Shown: positions 1-12,315 of the stretch, in pieces | Numbering within the stretch: position 1 is the first letter of the stretch | Layout of the letters: every line of letters begins with the position of its first letter | NCBI GenBank assembly: GCA_047495785.1 | Contig: JBLDXI010000012.1 | Location: 1,240,001 to 1,304,000 of the forward strand | Direction of reading: 5' to 3' | Length of the DNA stretch: 64,000 bases | DNA from: Lepidodermella squamata | Taxonomy: Eukaryota > Animalia > Gastrotricha | Made by a program: the position numbers and the translations under genes | The notes under the pieces: model-generated | What the model was told of the DNA's origin: nothing | Seen by the model: only the letters and a program-made list of their open reading frames with translations | The model's database searches: none

Positions 1-89
1 AAAACACAATGACGAATGAACACAGCCTTATTTAACACAATCGTTAACAGGAAAAGTTATATCGAAATTGCAGCAAATTGTTGAGCTTG

Positions 90-1024
90 TCATTCAGCAT
101 CATCACCTGAAAAAAATCGTAAACAAATTGTAAACATTTAAAAAATCCACCTTAATTTTCAAACAAATTTAATTTTGAATTTCAATAAATTTGCACACCT
201 GTGTCGGCATTTTGAGTTGACAGAGGCGCGACTGACGACGGCAATTGGCCAGCTTTGAGCATTGCGTTGAGCCGCTCGACTTCTTCCAGCGTTTTCGCCT
301 GAGAAATCGCGCGTTTAATTTTGTCAACCTCTTCTTTACTGAGACCAATAGCCGACGCCGCTTGCTTCTTCGCAGCCGGCGCGCCAACAGCTTCACCGGG
401 AACGAAAGTCTGCGCGCGTTTCTGTTGTTGTTGTTGCTGGTCTTCTTTGCCGCTGTTCGCCTTTTCAGCCTTTTTCAACGATTTAAACAGCTTCTTCGCA
501 GCGGCGCGTTCACGCTTTCGCACGCGTTGAAAGTCCAAGCGTTTCAAACTTGGGATTCTGTGAATCAGGTAGTAGCGGTAGTTTCTTTTCGTGCACAGAG
601 GATTGCCGAGTAGACAGAGGTATTCAAGATTGGCGAAATTGGCCAGTGGGTCGATGTCTTCCAACTCCTGAATGTTATTATTCGTCAAAATGAGCCATTG
701 CAAGTTCGGCAGACACTCTTCAAGCTTTTCACCAATATGCCTAAAATAAATTAGAGAAATTCGAATAAAATCTAAAAATAATAGAAAAAATTACCCAATA
801 CGATTGTTGCTTAGCAACAACCATTTGAGACGACGTAATAATGGGAATCCATCCAACTTGCGGATGTCGTTATCTGTGAAGTCGATGGCATCAAACTGGT
901 CGAGAGTAGCGCCCAGGCTTTCAATCGCCGATATTTTGTAACCGCGAAGATCCAGCTCGCGTTCACGTACCGGGTTCGTGCGTTGAAACGCCTGTTCAAT
1001 CATTTCCGGGGTTAATTTTACCAT
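90..1024 (-). CDS. SNRPA1: U2 snRNP protein A' (LRR), ~262 aa; exons 1024-795, 740-199, 106-90
   Basis: MVKLTPEMIEQA..NPVRERELDLRGYKI..LGATLDQFDAIDFTDNDIRKLDGFPLLRRLK matches the U2A' N-terminus. A GT-AG intron at 741-794 restores NNRIGHIGEKLEECLPNL. The C-terminal IKRAISQAKTLEEVERLNAMLKAG motif is present. The last intron (107-198) is less certain; unspliced, the ORF ends at 182. Confidence 0.95.
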
Positions 1025-1227
1025 TTTTTTCTGGTGTTAAAAAAACCTAAAAAATAAACAGAAAATGATTAATCAAAACAGCAAATTTATTGCGACAGTG
1101 CAAATAAAAAGTGTCACACGTAAATAAAAAAAAAGAGATCAAGTCACAACCGTGTTTAAAAACACAACCAAAGATGGAATGACTCTTCATTGAGCAGGCA
1201 AGTGGAGGAAGAGCATAAAAAATGAGA

Positions 1228-4062
1228 TCAAGTACTCGTGGAAACAGATATTTGGCTGCTATAACAATTATTATTAGGTAATGGCAATTTCGGCACGATC
1301 ATTTTGGCAACTTCAAAGAAAACTGGTGATAACGCCTTTGGCGATATAACCAACTGCTTGTTTTCCCCGCCATTTTTGCTGCGAGATCCTAGAATAAATA
1401 AATTCCTCCTTAAAATAGAAAAACGCAAGTTGCGAATAAACTCACGTCTTCTTCTTTGCTTTGACTCCTTTTTATCATTTGAGCTGCTTTCGTCCTTGTC
1501 AGCTAATAGTGACAAAAGAGTTTTCTCCTTCGACTTCCCGTTGCTGCTTAACGGGGAATCACTCATGCCAGGAAATGACATTTTAGCCCGTCTAACGAGT
1601 TCAGCTTCAAGTCTAGTAACGTAAGAAGCCGCAGCTTCCAATTGCGCTCGATAGCTTTTCGCCTCGGCGTGAAATTTCGCAGCTTCGCGATGAAGCAACG
1701 AAACTCGGCTCTTTTCCGAGTCTAGCCGCTCCTTCAATTTTTGAACAACTACTGTCGCTTCAGTAGCCCGTTTCTCCGCCAGCTTTTTCTTCGAATTCGC
1801 CTCTCCCAGTTCAAACAATGCGTCTTTCAGCTTTTCCTCGCATAGTTGCAGCTTCGATTTCGCCGAATCAAGTTCAGTGAATAAATTCATTTCGCTTTGC
1901 GATTTCGGCGATCGGCCCATTAAAACCAGTTGCCGCTCAGCAGTTGCTAGTTTTTTCGCCAGGGCTCTCAGCGCTGCTAATTGGTCAGTTTGATGGCACC
2001 CGCTAGCCGCTTCCATTTGTTTCTTCTCCGCGGTCATAGTTGCAAGTCGAGCCTCTTGTTCGGCCAAATTTTTCAGCAGACGATCGACTTCTTCTCGCAA
2101 ATGATTGCTTTCTTCCTTGGCTTGATTTTCCAACTCTTTGTGACGTTTGGCAAGTAATTGAGCTGATTTCACTGATTCAGCGGCTGCTAAACGAGAAGCT
2201 ATCGAGTCTTTACGCAACTGATCCATTTCCTTGCGACATGAGTCGAGTTCTTCTTCCAAGCGCTGTTTAGCTTTTTCAAGAGATGAGCATTTTTCAGAGG
2301 AATCTTCAAGCATTTGAACAATTTTCGACGCATCCTCTCGATATTTCTCGTTGTCACCAGCTACCTTAGAAACCCGATCCAATTCTTCGCGGTAATTAGC
2401 CATACATTCAAGTGTTTTTTCAAGTTCGTGAGACAAGGCGGTGACCTGCTCTCTGGAATTTGCTAGTTCCTTTTCGATAGAGCTATTTTTAGATTCAAGA
2501 TCGTCCATTAGATGCTTCGAGTCGACAGTTCTTTGATGCAACTCATTTTCCAACTCGGAAATGCGGCGACGTAAAACGCTTTCCCTAGTTTCAGATTCAC
2601 GGATTTGAGTCGATCGAGTGCCATCGGCGTGCCAGATTCGACAGAGCCGTTCATGTTCGCCAGCCAATTCATCCTCCATCTGGGTATAGCGACGTTTAAT
2701 CTCGTCGAGTTCGAGCTCGAGCTGGCGAGACCTTGCATCAGCATCAGTTGCTAGCGCTACAGCTCTCAAGCGATTGCCCTCACTTTCGGCTAGCAAACGC
2801 TCCGCTTCAGTGGCTCGGCTGATGGCTTCACTTTTTTCCCGATCGCCATATTCTCGCGATTCTCTCATTTCATTGCGAAGGGCGTCGATTTGACCGTCTT
2901 TCGCAGCCAATTGTTTCGATAGCTCATCTCTTGTGAGGTTCAGTTGGTCTTCGACTGAGCGCAATCGGTCTTGGGCGGCTGATAAACGCTGTTGGCCTAA
3001 CTTCAACGCATGCTCCGCCTCAGCTTGAATCGCAGCAATAGCCCTAGCACGATCAGATTCCATTCTCTCAATGTTACGCGCACATTCTAACTTGACTGCA
3101 TTTATTTCCGCAGCCATTCGATCGCAATGAGCTCGAGCGGAAGCGCTCTGGTCCCAAGCGGCGCGAATGCAAGCGGAAATACTGTGAGTTAGAACCATGA
3201 CTGATTGACATGAAGGTGGCGGCAGCGGAGGAGCGGCGAAGACTTCCTCCGCAGAATCGTATTGAACTTGGAATTTCTCTGTCACTTCGTTCAACAGAGC
3301 TCTCAACTGGTTCGCCGATGATGTATGAATAGATAGCTCTGATCTGAGTCGATCCATTTCTCGCTCTTGAGTAGTCAAAGCCTAAAAATTATGGTTAAAT
3401 ACATACTTTAACTGGGCTTAAATTTCACCTACTTCTCTAGTAACAGCTAATTCTTCTTCTAACTGACCAACCCTCCGATTACATTGTTCAAAATTGTATT
3501 CCGACCTCGAGAGAGCTTCTTCTTTATCCAGCAAACGCCGTTCAAACTCAGCACGCGTCTGATCGGCGCTGAGACGCATTTGATTCATCGCCGTGGTTAA
3601 ACGAGCGCGCTCATCTTCACGCTGCAGCGCTAATTGCGATAGTTCCTGTTGCAACGACCACAGGGCATCTGGTGTTGACGCGCGGAGTAGATTATTGGTA
3701 GATTCAACAGTTTGCTTAGGAAGAATTTCAAAACAAGTCGGATTTAACGTCAACGAAGATCGGAAAAGGCGTCTAGCCGAAGATCCTTGAACAGGGGGTA
3801 GAGCAGCGTGATGCATTACAGGATCGAATCGCTTTATATCTGTCAATGGGTAGTCATGATGAGAAACCATGTCACTCAGATTGTGAGAGTTATAGCTGTC
3901 ATTAAGTAAATTGGCGGACGAGGATGCACGTCTAATCGTTGTTTGAGCGTGTCGATGGCCAGATTCCTCCATTAGGGTTTTGCCTTTCTGTTCCAACATT
4001 CGAACGCGATTGAGAAGCGCTTCCGTTGCCAGATTCTCTGAGACCTCTTCCCCGGAGGCCAT
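1228..4062 (-). CDS. Long coiled-coil protein, CCDC158-like, ~908 aa; exons 4062-3433, 3381-1446, 1388-1228
   Basis: Two long ORFs are joined in phase 0 by a 51-nt GT-AG intron (3382-3432). The protein is heptad-rich. The segment EDELAGEHERLCRIWHADGTRS resembles CCDC158 EKELSLEKEQNKRLWDRDTGNS (recalled, not searched). Confidence 0.6.
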
Positions 4063-4944
4063 CAGGAATCAGGAAGGTAGACTAGACACTAACAGAAGGT
4101 GATAAAATCCTAATGAGCGGAAGAAATGCAAATGTAATGCAAGTTTTAAACAATATAGATCTTCGCTTTTCGTAGTAGATTTATGAAACAGCAGAGCAAG
4201 ATTACCCATGGAGATTCTTTTACATTTAAATTGCTTTATATGCGCGCCAAAAATGTGAAATGTTTAAATTAACATGCAAAATGAGCTTGAAGAGTGATGC
4301 TATACACTATACACCACACAGCACCTGCAAGGGCAAGTAGCAAAACGGAGGAGCGACTGCGTCTGTCTGGTCAGATACGTAGTTGGCTTGCAGAGGCAGA
4401 CTCAAACTCGCATAACGGCGAAAACAGTTTGGACATCGTAAGGGAAATAACGGTATATTTCGCTTCTTTTTTTATCTTCAAATATAATTATAATTGAATT
4501 CCGTTATTCGAATTTTAAGTCGATGAAGTCTCTGTTACCAAAAAATCCATTTTAGCGGCCTTGACTTGGCGAAAGTTACGAAAACGCGCGCTAACGATCG
4601 CGCAGAACAAGCCTTTTTTCTCTCTCGTTTCGCTGGCTCTCGCTGTGGCGCTGCATTCAACTGTTTTTTTCTACTTGATTCCTCCCCGTGTAATGCATGC
4701 ATTAACGCATTCTACGTCAATATTGGCGGCGGTGTGTTAAAAAAAAAACAAGCTGTAACTTTTCCTCGTGGCCTCATTGCCCGCATGCATTCACAGTTGA
4801 AGTTTCATTAGTTAGCCTCTCGGTGTGGCAGATGCACTTGATTACCTTGGATGTTTTCTTTTACCGTTTGAACCTTTTATGTTGGGCACTATATTGCTTG
4901 TTTTTTATTTAGTTGAATATACCTCAGAGAGTTTTTATCTGGCC
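4063..4944. promoter_or_regulatory. Putative bidirectional promoter/outron region between two divergent gene clusters
   Basis: This is the only sizeable head-to-head gap between the minus-strand and plus-strand clusters. Acceptor-like sites lie near both ATGs (e.g. TTTATTTAG at 4904-4912). No core promoter motif was firmly identified. Confidence 0.45.
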
Positions 4945-5799
4945 ATGCCTCCCGCTTCCGAGATTAAAGTTACGGGCGGTAACACTGATGAAACCGGTAA
5001 TACCGATAATACCGTCTCATCTTTCCCTCAAGGAGGCGATATTTGGCAACTTATTGTTTTTCTGGTCAGTCGAGGATCCGAGCTGGCTATCATTTTCGGT
5101 GGCATTCCGCCCTTCATACCGCAGTACCTCAAGCTCAAACAAACTGGTAACGTTGAAGGTTTCTCTCTGTATGTGTGCTTCACCTTGATTCTGGCCAACA
5201 TATTGCGTATTCTCTTTTGGGTACTCAAAAGATTCGAAACTCCTCTGTTGTTGCAAAGCTTTGTCATGATTACTACTATGCTCTTTCTCGTTCATGCCTA
5301 CGTAAACGCTAAAAAGAAAGTAGTTGGCAATCAAGGGCGTAAATACGAGGATTCTTTTAACCCCTTGTTTGACCGAGAAATGTTTTGGCAGTGGCCCGAT
5401 TATTCAACGTATGTTTATTGCATTTTCTTGATGACTGCTGGCTTATCTATGCTCACTATGGTGTTTCAACATTCGTTCATATACACGGAGGTAATTGGTT
5501 TTTTCTCTGTATTTGTTGAAGCATGCCTTGGTCTTCCTCAATTTATCCGTAATTTGCAAAATAGATCTACTACCGGTATGAGTGTTATCATGGTGTGTAT
5601 GTGGACATCAGGTGACACATTTAAATTCTTCTACTTCATCATGCGTGATGCGCCTTTGCAGTTTTCAATCTGTGCCATGCTTCAAATAATTCTCGACATT
5701 GGTATCCTCGCCCAAGTTTGTTACTACTCGTCGCTTTCAAAGCCAGTTTCTAAAATACTACCTACTCAGCTTGCTAGCTTGAGACATACTGTTGAGTAA
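4945..5799 (+). CDS. SLC66A2: PQ-loop repeat transporter SLC66A2/PQLC1, 284 aa, intronless
   Basis: Two PQ-loops are present: GGIPPFIPQY..GFSLYVCFTLILANILRILFW and EACLGLPQF..NRSTTGMS..WTSGDTFK. ATG 4945 is the first ATG after the acceptor at 4911-4912. Confidence 0.88.
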   Translation: MPPASEIKVTGGNTDETGNTDNTVSSFPQGGDIWQLIVFLVSRGSELAIIFGGIPPFIPQYLKLKQTGNVEGFSLYVCFTLILANILRILFWVLKRFETPLLLQSFVMITTMLFLVHAYVNAKKKVVGNQGRKYEDSFNPLFDREMFWQWPDYSTYVYCIFLMTAGLSMLTMVFQHSFIYTEVIGFFSVFVEACLGLPQFIRNLQNRSTTGMSVIMVCMWTSGDTFKFFYFIMRDAPLQFSICAMLQIILDIGILAQVCYYSSLSKPVSKILPTQLASLRHTVE

Positions 5800-5979
5800 T
5801 ATGTGCGCGTTCAATCTGTTGTAGCCCGCATTGTCAAACATATTTCGATTTTATTCACAATGAATTTATAATCTCTGGTGTTTTCTCCCCCACAGTTTAA
5901 TCGTTTTCAGTTTGCAGTGACAATCCGATTAAAATTACTGACTAATTTTCTCTAAATCAATCCTAGGAAGTTATTAAAC

Positions 5980-7683
5980 ATGAGCAGTCTCCGTGATGTG
6001 GCATTTTCGCCCGGTGGATTCAATGGCCGCGTTTACTCGGTCGAGGAGGTGGACGATGCTGCATATCAACATTTCAATGAATCCAAGTTGAGGGTAGAGG
6101 ATCCCATCGAGGAATCAATTCCCGTGGTAATAAATTCCAGTGTCATGGATGTTGGACTGATCCAAGCCCAGCCGCCAATCAAACACAGATGGACTCTACA
6201 TTTGGTCTATTGCAGTTTAGCGACAATCGTTGGCTCGACCTTCTTGTTCGGCTACAATGCTGTGATGATAAACGAACCGATCAAAATCTTGAAATCGTTT
6301 ATTAACGATTCTTACATTGAGAATCAGGACTCAATCCCATCTGATAGCTTTGTCGAGAACATATTCACGTGGATTGTTTCGATTTTCCTAATTGGCGGCA
6401 CCGTCGGCGCTTTGATCGGCGGCGCAGAAGCTGATAGATTTGGCCGGAAAACGGCACTGTTGTTCAATTCGGTCATTGGTGTCATTGGTGGAGCGCTGAT
6501 GTTAGCCGCCCCTTACGTCAATCGATACGAACTTCTAATGGCAGGTCGTTTTATCGCCGGATTTCACTGCGGATCTGTTTCCGCTATCGTACCTGGTTAT
6601 TTGACCGAATTAGCGCCTTTGTCCCTTCGTGGGGCTGCTGGAACCATAAACCAGCTTTCCATTGTCTTCGGTGGTTTCTCTGCTGCTGTTCTCGGTCTTC
6701 CGGTAGTATTAGCTCGAGCTGACGAACCTGACGTCTGGCCTTTGTTGTTCTTGCCTGCGGTAGCTTTACCGATTCTACAGTTCGGAATGCTGTTTTTCAG
6801 CGAAGAAAGCCCTCGTTGGTTGATAATGAAGAAGCGAGATGACGCCCGTGCTTTTATTTCGATTTCAAAACTTCGCGAAAAGTCATTTTCTCGTCAAGTT
6901 ATCGAAGCTGAAGTCCAGCAGTTGAACCAAGAAAGAGAGATTCAATCGGCTCTTCCTCAGGTCGGATTCGTTCAATCTATGATCAGCTCATTAGGCTGGC
7001 CTCTTCTCGTTTGCGTCATGATGCAATTAGCTCAACAATTGAGTGGAATTAATGCTGCTATTTACTACTCGAGTGATATTTTCAGCAAAATTTTAGCGGA
7101 TCCCATTCCGCAGTACGCTAGTCTTGGGGTTGTTTTCACCACGGTTGTTATGACTATTGTCAGCACTTTCATTATTGAAATTTCCGGCCGTAGAATACTG
7201 ATGATCATCGGCATCGGCATGATGTGGGTGTTCTCCTTCCTTATAACTCTATTTATGGTGCTAGCTGACGAGTCATCAGTTTTCAATTATTTAACAATTG
7301 TTTGCATGATTATTTTTGTTGCGGCTTTCGCTGTTGGACCGGGTCCAATTCCGTGGTTTATCGCTCCAGAGCTGTCGCTGCCTCAACACCGCGGTGCTAC
7401 GATTATGATTTGCACTTTTACGAACTGGATGGCCAATTTGGCTACTGGGGTCGGTTACCCGTACGTGCAAGAAGGCCTAGGCAATTACTCGTTCGCGCCT
7501 TTTTTCGGTCTTTTGACCATTTTCATTGTCTTCACGGTGCTTTTCCTGCCCGAAACTCGCGGCCTTTCAGCCGAGGAGAGTATTCATCGGCTGGCATTGA
7601 AGCGAATCCAGATGAACTTCCGATTTTTCAACCGATTTGGTTCGCGCGCTCAATCGGCTGTTAGTGGCAGCAGTGGTCTTTAA
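5980..7683 (+). CDS. Facilitated sugar transporter (SLC2A/GLUT family) copy 1, 567 aa, intronless
   Basis: Sugar-porter signatures: DRFGRK, ELAPLSLRG, ESPRWL, QQLSGINA, GRR, GPGPIPW, LPETRG. Confidence 0.93.
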   Translation: MSSLRDVAFSPGGFNGRVYSVEEVDDAAYQHFNESKLRVEDPIEESIPVVINSSVMDVGLIQAQPPIKHRWTLHLVYCSLATIVGSTFLFGYNAVMINEPIKILKSFINDSYIENQDSIPSDSFVENIFTWIVSIFLIGGTVGALIGGAEADRFGRKTALLFNSVIGVIGGALMLAAPYVNRYELLMAGRFIAGFHCGSVSAIVPGYLTELAPLSLRGAAGTINQLSIVFGGFSAAVLGLPVVLARADEPDVWPLLFLPAVALPILQFGMLFFSEESPRWLIMKKRDDARAFISISKLREKSFSRQVIEAEVQQLNQEREIQSALPQVGFVQSMISSLGWPLLVCVMMQLAQQLSGINAAIYYSSDIFSKILADPIPQYASLGVVFTTVVMTIVSTFIIEISGRRILMIIGIGMMWVFSFLITLFMVLADESSVFNYLTIVCMIIFVAAFAVGPGPIPWFIAPELSLPQHRGATIMICTFTNWMANLATGVGYPYVQEGLGNYSFAPFFGLLTIFIVFTVLFLPETRGLSAEESIHRLALKRIQMNFRFFNRFGSRAQSAVSGSSGL

Positions 7684-7829
7684 ATAATTTTAGATTCTAT
7701 GACAATTCATTTTATCGTTGTGATTAATTAATTTTACAATCCAAAATTTCTGTGATTTTATACTTGATTTATTTTCAATGAAATTATTCGATTTAATGCA
7801 TTTTTTCTTTAGGTTTTTATGTGTAAAGC

Positions 7830-10068
7830 ATGGAGCAAGATAACGATGCGTCTCAACTAGTCCCGTCGAGGCGTAACTTTGAGTACAAACACCGATGGAC
7901 TCCTTATCTCGTCTACTGCAACTTCGCTGCGGTTATCGGCTCGGCGTTTCTTTTCGGCTACACTGGTGTTATGATCAATGAACCGTATGAAATCTTCGAA
8001 AATTTCATAAACGCTTCATTTGGTGCCCAGCACAATAAGACCAGCTATTTGAACACAGATAGCGTGGAGACGCTATGGACGGTGACTGTTTCACTTTTCC
8101 TAGTTGGTGGGATTGTCGGCGGTCTATTAGGCGGATCCCAGGCTAATTATTTCGGGCGTAAACGATCTCTTTTCATGAACAGCTTCATCGCGATAATCGG
8201 GGGTGGTCTGATGTTCGCCGCTCCGTTTGCGAATAACTTTGAGATGTTGATGGCTGGTCGTGCAGTTACCGGTATCTATTGCGGCCTGATTTCGGGTGTC
8301 GTCCCGGTTTTTCTCACAGAAATCGCTCCGATCTCATTAAGAGGCGCCTCAGGCGCTATAAACCAGTTATTAATTTGTTTCGGCGGTCTCGTTGCGTCAG
8401 TGTTAGGGTTACCCATTGTCCTCGCGAGGGCCGATAACTCTCTTGTATGGCCATTTTTATTCTTCCCGTGCTTGGTTTTGCCGATTTTTCAACTCTTCCT
8501 ACTACTTTTCTCGGTCGAATCGCCAAAATGGTTGATGCTAGTCAAGCAAGATGAAATAGGTGCTATTCGGGCTCTGGAGAGATTGCGCGGTGACGTGCCC
8601 CAAGAGGTCCTAGCAGCTGAAATAGCTGATTTGCGGTTAGAAGCTGAAATCAGCGCTGCAGCCCCGAATTTGACGATCGGCCAACAAATTCGTGGCGCCT
8701 TCAGCTGGCCCCTTGTCATTTGTGTCGTCATGCAGTTAGCGCAGCAACTTAGCGGGATTAACGCGGCAATATTTTATTCCAGTAAGTTCAAGTCGAAATA
8801 TTTTTCATACTTTCAGGTATTTCAGAATTGGCTTCTCTGGGCCTGTCAGATTTGCTAAGAAGAAATATCCGATTGTCAGTTTATAAGTGGAGGAAAGAAA
8901 CTTGAACTTGAGAAATTTATTTCCGAATATCTTTATAGCGGAACCAAAGTTCAAATCTTTACTAGAATAAGCTATGCGAAATTGTAATTTCGAAAAATTC
9001 TCTTAAATTTTGTATCAGACATTATACCAAAAATTACGCAGAAGTTTGAAGTCAATTATATCGATTTTTCCTATCCGAAAATTCAAATGGCCCTTGTAGT
9101 CCGTTTCCAGTCAAATTTGATAAAATTATACTTTTGAGTAATAATTTGAGTCGAGCACCCAGTTATTAGTCTTTTTCATTCTTAAAAAATTGAGCGCAAC
9201 CTGTCCATCAACTCAGAACTGACTTGAAATTTCCAGCGTTTTTATTAAGAACAAAGCATTAAAGGATGATTCACAGATATACGTGTGAGAGACCTGCTAG
9301 TGCTTACCCTGGTCATTATGTGTATTCATCTCGTGACACGAGAGAAAGAAACGTACTGTTGGCATCGACAGTAGCAAGCCTTGAAACTTCCGAGAAAATG
9401 ACTCTTTCACATTTTTTGCGCTAGTTAAAGACATTTGTCGTAATGTCGTCAATTTTTTCTTTTCAGGCGATATCTTCAAGAAGGCTGGCCTGGAAGGCGA
9501 TGTTCCGGAGTATGCTAGCCTCGGAGTGGTCGCTACAACCGTCGTAATGTCTATAATAAGCGCCCTTATCATCGAAAAGGCCGGTCGCAGATCTCTTATG
9601 ATAGTTGGCGTTGCTGGGATGTGGGTGTCCTGCATTCTCGTTACAATTTTCATGACCGTCGCTTCGAAAACTGGAATTCAAATCTTCAACTATCTGACCA
9701 TTGCTACTATCATAATATACGTAGCCTCATTCGCAATTGGACCAGGCCCGATACCGTGGTTCATAGCCCCTGAGTTGTCTTTACCTCAATATCGTCCTGT
9801 CGTCATCAGTATTTGCACCTGCGTGAACTGGAGTGCTAATCTTGCGGTCGGTTTCGGCTTCCCACCTGTTCAGAAGGCGCTTGGGTCGTATTCTTTTACA
9901 CCATTTTTGGGCTTATTGTCGATTTTCTTAGTTTTCACCGTCTTATTTCTGCCAGAGACGAAGGGCAAGACCCCCGAAGAGAGCATTCACGAACTAGATT
10001 TGCATGTCGTCCAAGCAAAATGCTGTTCTCGAAATCAGCCAGCCAACGAATCAAGCATAAACGTGTGA
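7830..10068 (+). CDS. SLC2A/GLUT copy 2, ~517 aa; exons 7830-8781, 9467-10068
   Basis: Same signatures as copy 1. A phase-1 GT-AG intron at 8782-9466 (685 nt) joins IFYS-S-DIFKK in frame. Confidence 0.92.
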
Positions 10069-10172
10069 AATACGATAATATTTTTTCACGACAAAATATT
10101 GCAATCATATTTTTCTTAGCAAAAAGTAAATTATTTATAAAGCCCCTGTGAAACTCAGTTTTTATTTTTTAG

Positions 10173-11773
10173 ATGATATTAAAAAAACGTAGCAACTACG
10201 AATTCACTCCTATTTATCACGAAAGTCGAGAGTACGAACATCGGTGGACTCCGTTTCTCATATTCTCGAATTTCGCCGCGGTAATCGGCTCAGCATTCGT
10301 TTTCGGGTATAATTTAGTCGTTGTCAATGCGCCGTTCGAAATTTTTAAAAATTTTATAAATTCATCATACGCATTTCGTCACAACTCAACGCAATTTCTT
10401 GACACAAATGAAGTAGAAACACTTTGGACAGTCACTGTTTCGATTTTCATGTGTGGTGGCATCGTTGGCGCACTTCTCGGAGGTCCTCAGGGCGACTATT
10501 TCGGGCGAAAAAAGTCTTTGATGATTGATAGCATTCTAGGGATAGTTTCCGGCCTAATGATGTTTAGCGCTCCTTTTCTCAACAGCTACGAACTATTAAT
10601 GGCTGGTAGGGTGGCTGCTGGTATCTATTGCGGTCTTGTCTCGGGGGTCGTCCCAGTTTTCATTACTGAAATTGCCCCAATTTCGTTGAGAGGAGCATCA
10701 GGCACTCTTTTTCAACTCGTTTGTTGCATGGGTGCCGTTCTTTCGTCAGTCTTAGGCCTGCCTGCAGTTTTAGGCCTGCCTGCAGTTTTAGGCCGGGCGG
10801 ACAATGACAATATCTGGCCTTTTTTATTTTTGCCTTCTTGGCTGCTACCTCTCCTTCAGCTGGTTTTGATCTCATTTTCCGTTGAATCGCCCACATGGCT
10901 GATGCTGATAAAGAAAGATGAAAATAGTGCGATTGCTGCGCTGAGGAAATTGAGGGGTAACACTCCGGTCAGCGTTTTATCTGAAGAAATCGAGCAGCTT
11001 CGACTCGAGGGTGAAGCAAGTGCCAAACTGCCGAAATTATCAGTAAGCCAACAAATTAGAGGCGCGATTTCGTGGCCTCTTTTCATATGTGTAATGATGC
11101 AACTGGCTCAGCAGTTCAGTGGGATAAATGCTGCTATTTTTTATTCAAGTATGCTTATTTTCATTTTGGACCCTGAAAAATAACTACTCATATTCCAGCT
11201 GATATTTTCAAGCGAACTGGCTTGCAAGGGGACGAGCCTCAATACGCTAGTTTGAGCACTAATAGCGTAGGTGTGTTGATGGGCCTGATTACTCCCTTCT
11301 TGATAGAAAGATTTGGCCGGCGAACGCTCATGCTAATAGGTATTGGTGGTATGGGGATTTCATGTGCTTTGGTCACGATATTCATGACTAATTCGGAGAA
11401 AAGTCCTGTTTTCAACTATCTTACTGTAGTCGTTCTAATTGCCTACAATGCGCTTTATGCAGTTGGGCCTGGACCTATTCCTTGGTTCCTAGCGGCTGAG
11501 CTGTCAATTCCTCAATACCGGCCGATTTTTTTCAGTATTTGTACGGTGGTTAACTGGTCGTCAGCTCTAACTACTGGATTCTGCTTTCCTCCTATACAAC
11601 AGGCGCTTGCATCGTACTCTTTCATGCCATTTTTTGCCTTGTCAACAGTATTTTTTGTTTTTACTTTTCTCTTCCTGCCAGAAACGAAGGGCAAAACCCC
11701 AGAGCAATCACTTCAGGACCTTCGTACCAAAAGATGTCAAGTTAAAAGTTGCAGTAGCAGTGATAACAAGTAA
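10173..11773 (+). CDS. SLC2A/GLUT copy 3, ~516 aa; exons 10173-11148, 11199-11773
   Basis: Same signatures. A 50-nt intron (11149-11198) sits at the homologous position. Confidence 0.92.
10752..10794 (+). repeat. Perfect 18-bp in-frame tandem duplication (TTAGGCCTGCCTGCAGTT x2.4) in GLUT copy 3
   Basis: Units at 10752-10769 and 10770-10787 give LGLPAV-LGLPAV. The paralogs have a single unit. Confidence 0.95.
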
Positions 11774-12315
11774 TTTTATTTACCTATTTTTAAAGCAATA
11801 GAATTTGCAAAAGTTGAAATGAACATCTTTAAGCTTGACTTCTAATGTAATTTTTCTCCCACTTGTTATGCGTTATTGCGGACTGGATATTCACTAACTT
11901 TCTTCGTCTTTCATTCCTCATATTAAGAAAGTATTTGTAGCTATTTAGCTATTGTGGGAAGCCAATTCAAAGTCCAACAATACAATTGTCCTATTTAACT
12001 ATCTTGGCTTGAAACTGCATTTGACGACTACGAGAATGCATCATCGCTGAACTGGTAGGGGCTTGGGATTTTCCAAGAATTTCCTCAACATTTTGTTGCG
12101 TTTATTCTTCGTTATATCGGCTTGCTGATGTCGTTATTCGAACAAAAAATAAATCAGTTTACGTTTTTATACCGTTAGTTGGTCTAATAGACTCACATAC
12201 TTCTCCTCCGGCTTCATTTGAAGCTTTAATTTTAATAGCAATTTTAACTATTCCTTTCTTCCTCTTGTTCCCTCTTATACGACAAACCTTTGGTACAAAT
12301 ATTATATTTTAGATA

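Noticed and set aside
4825-4944. GTG-initiated N-terminal extension of the PQ-loop ORF
   Set aside because: The T-rich stretch ending in TTTAG is acceptor/outron-like. ATG 4945 gives a family-typical length.
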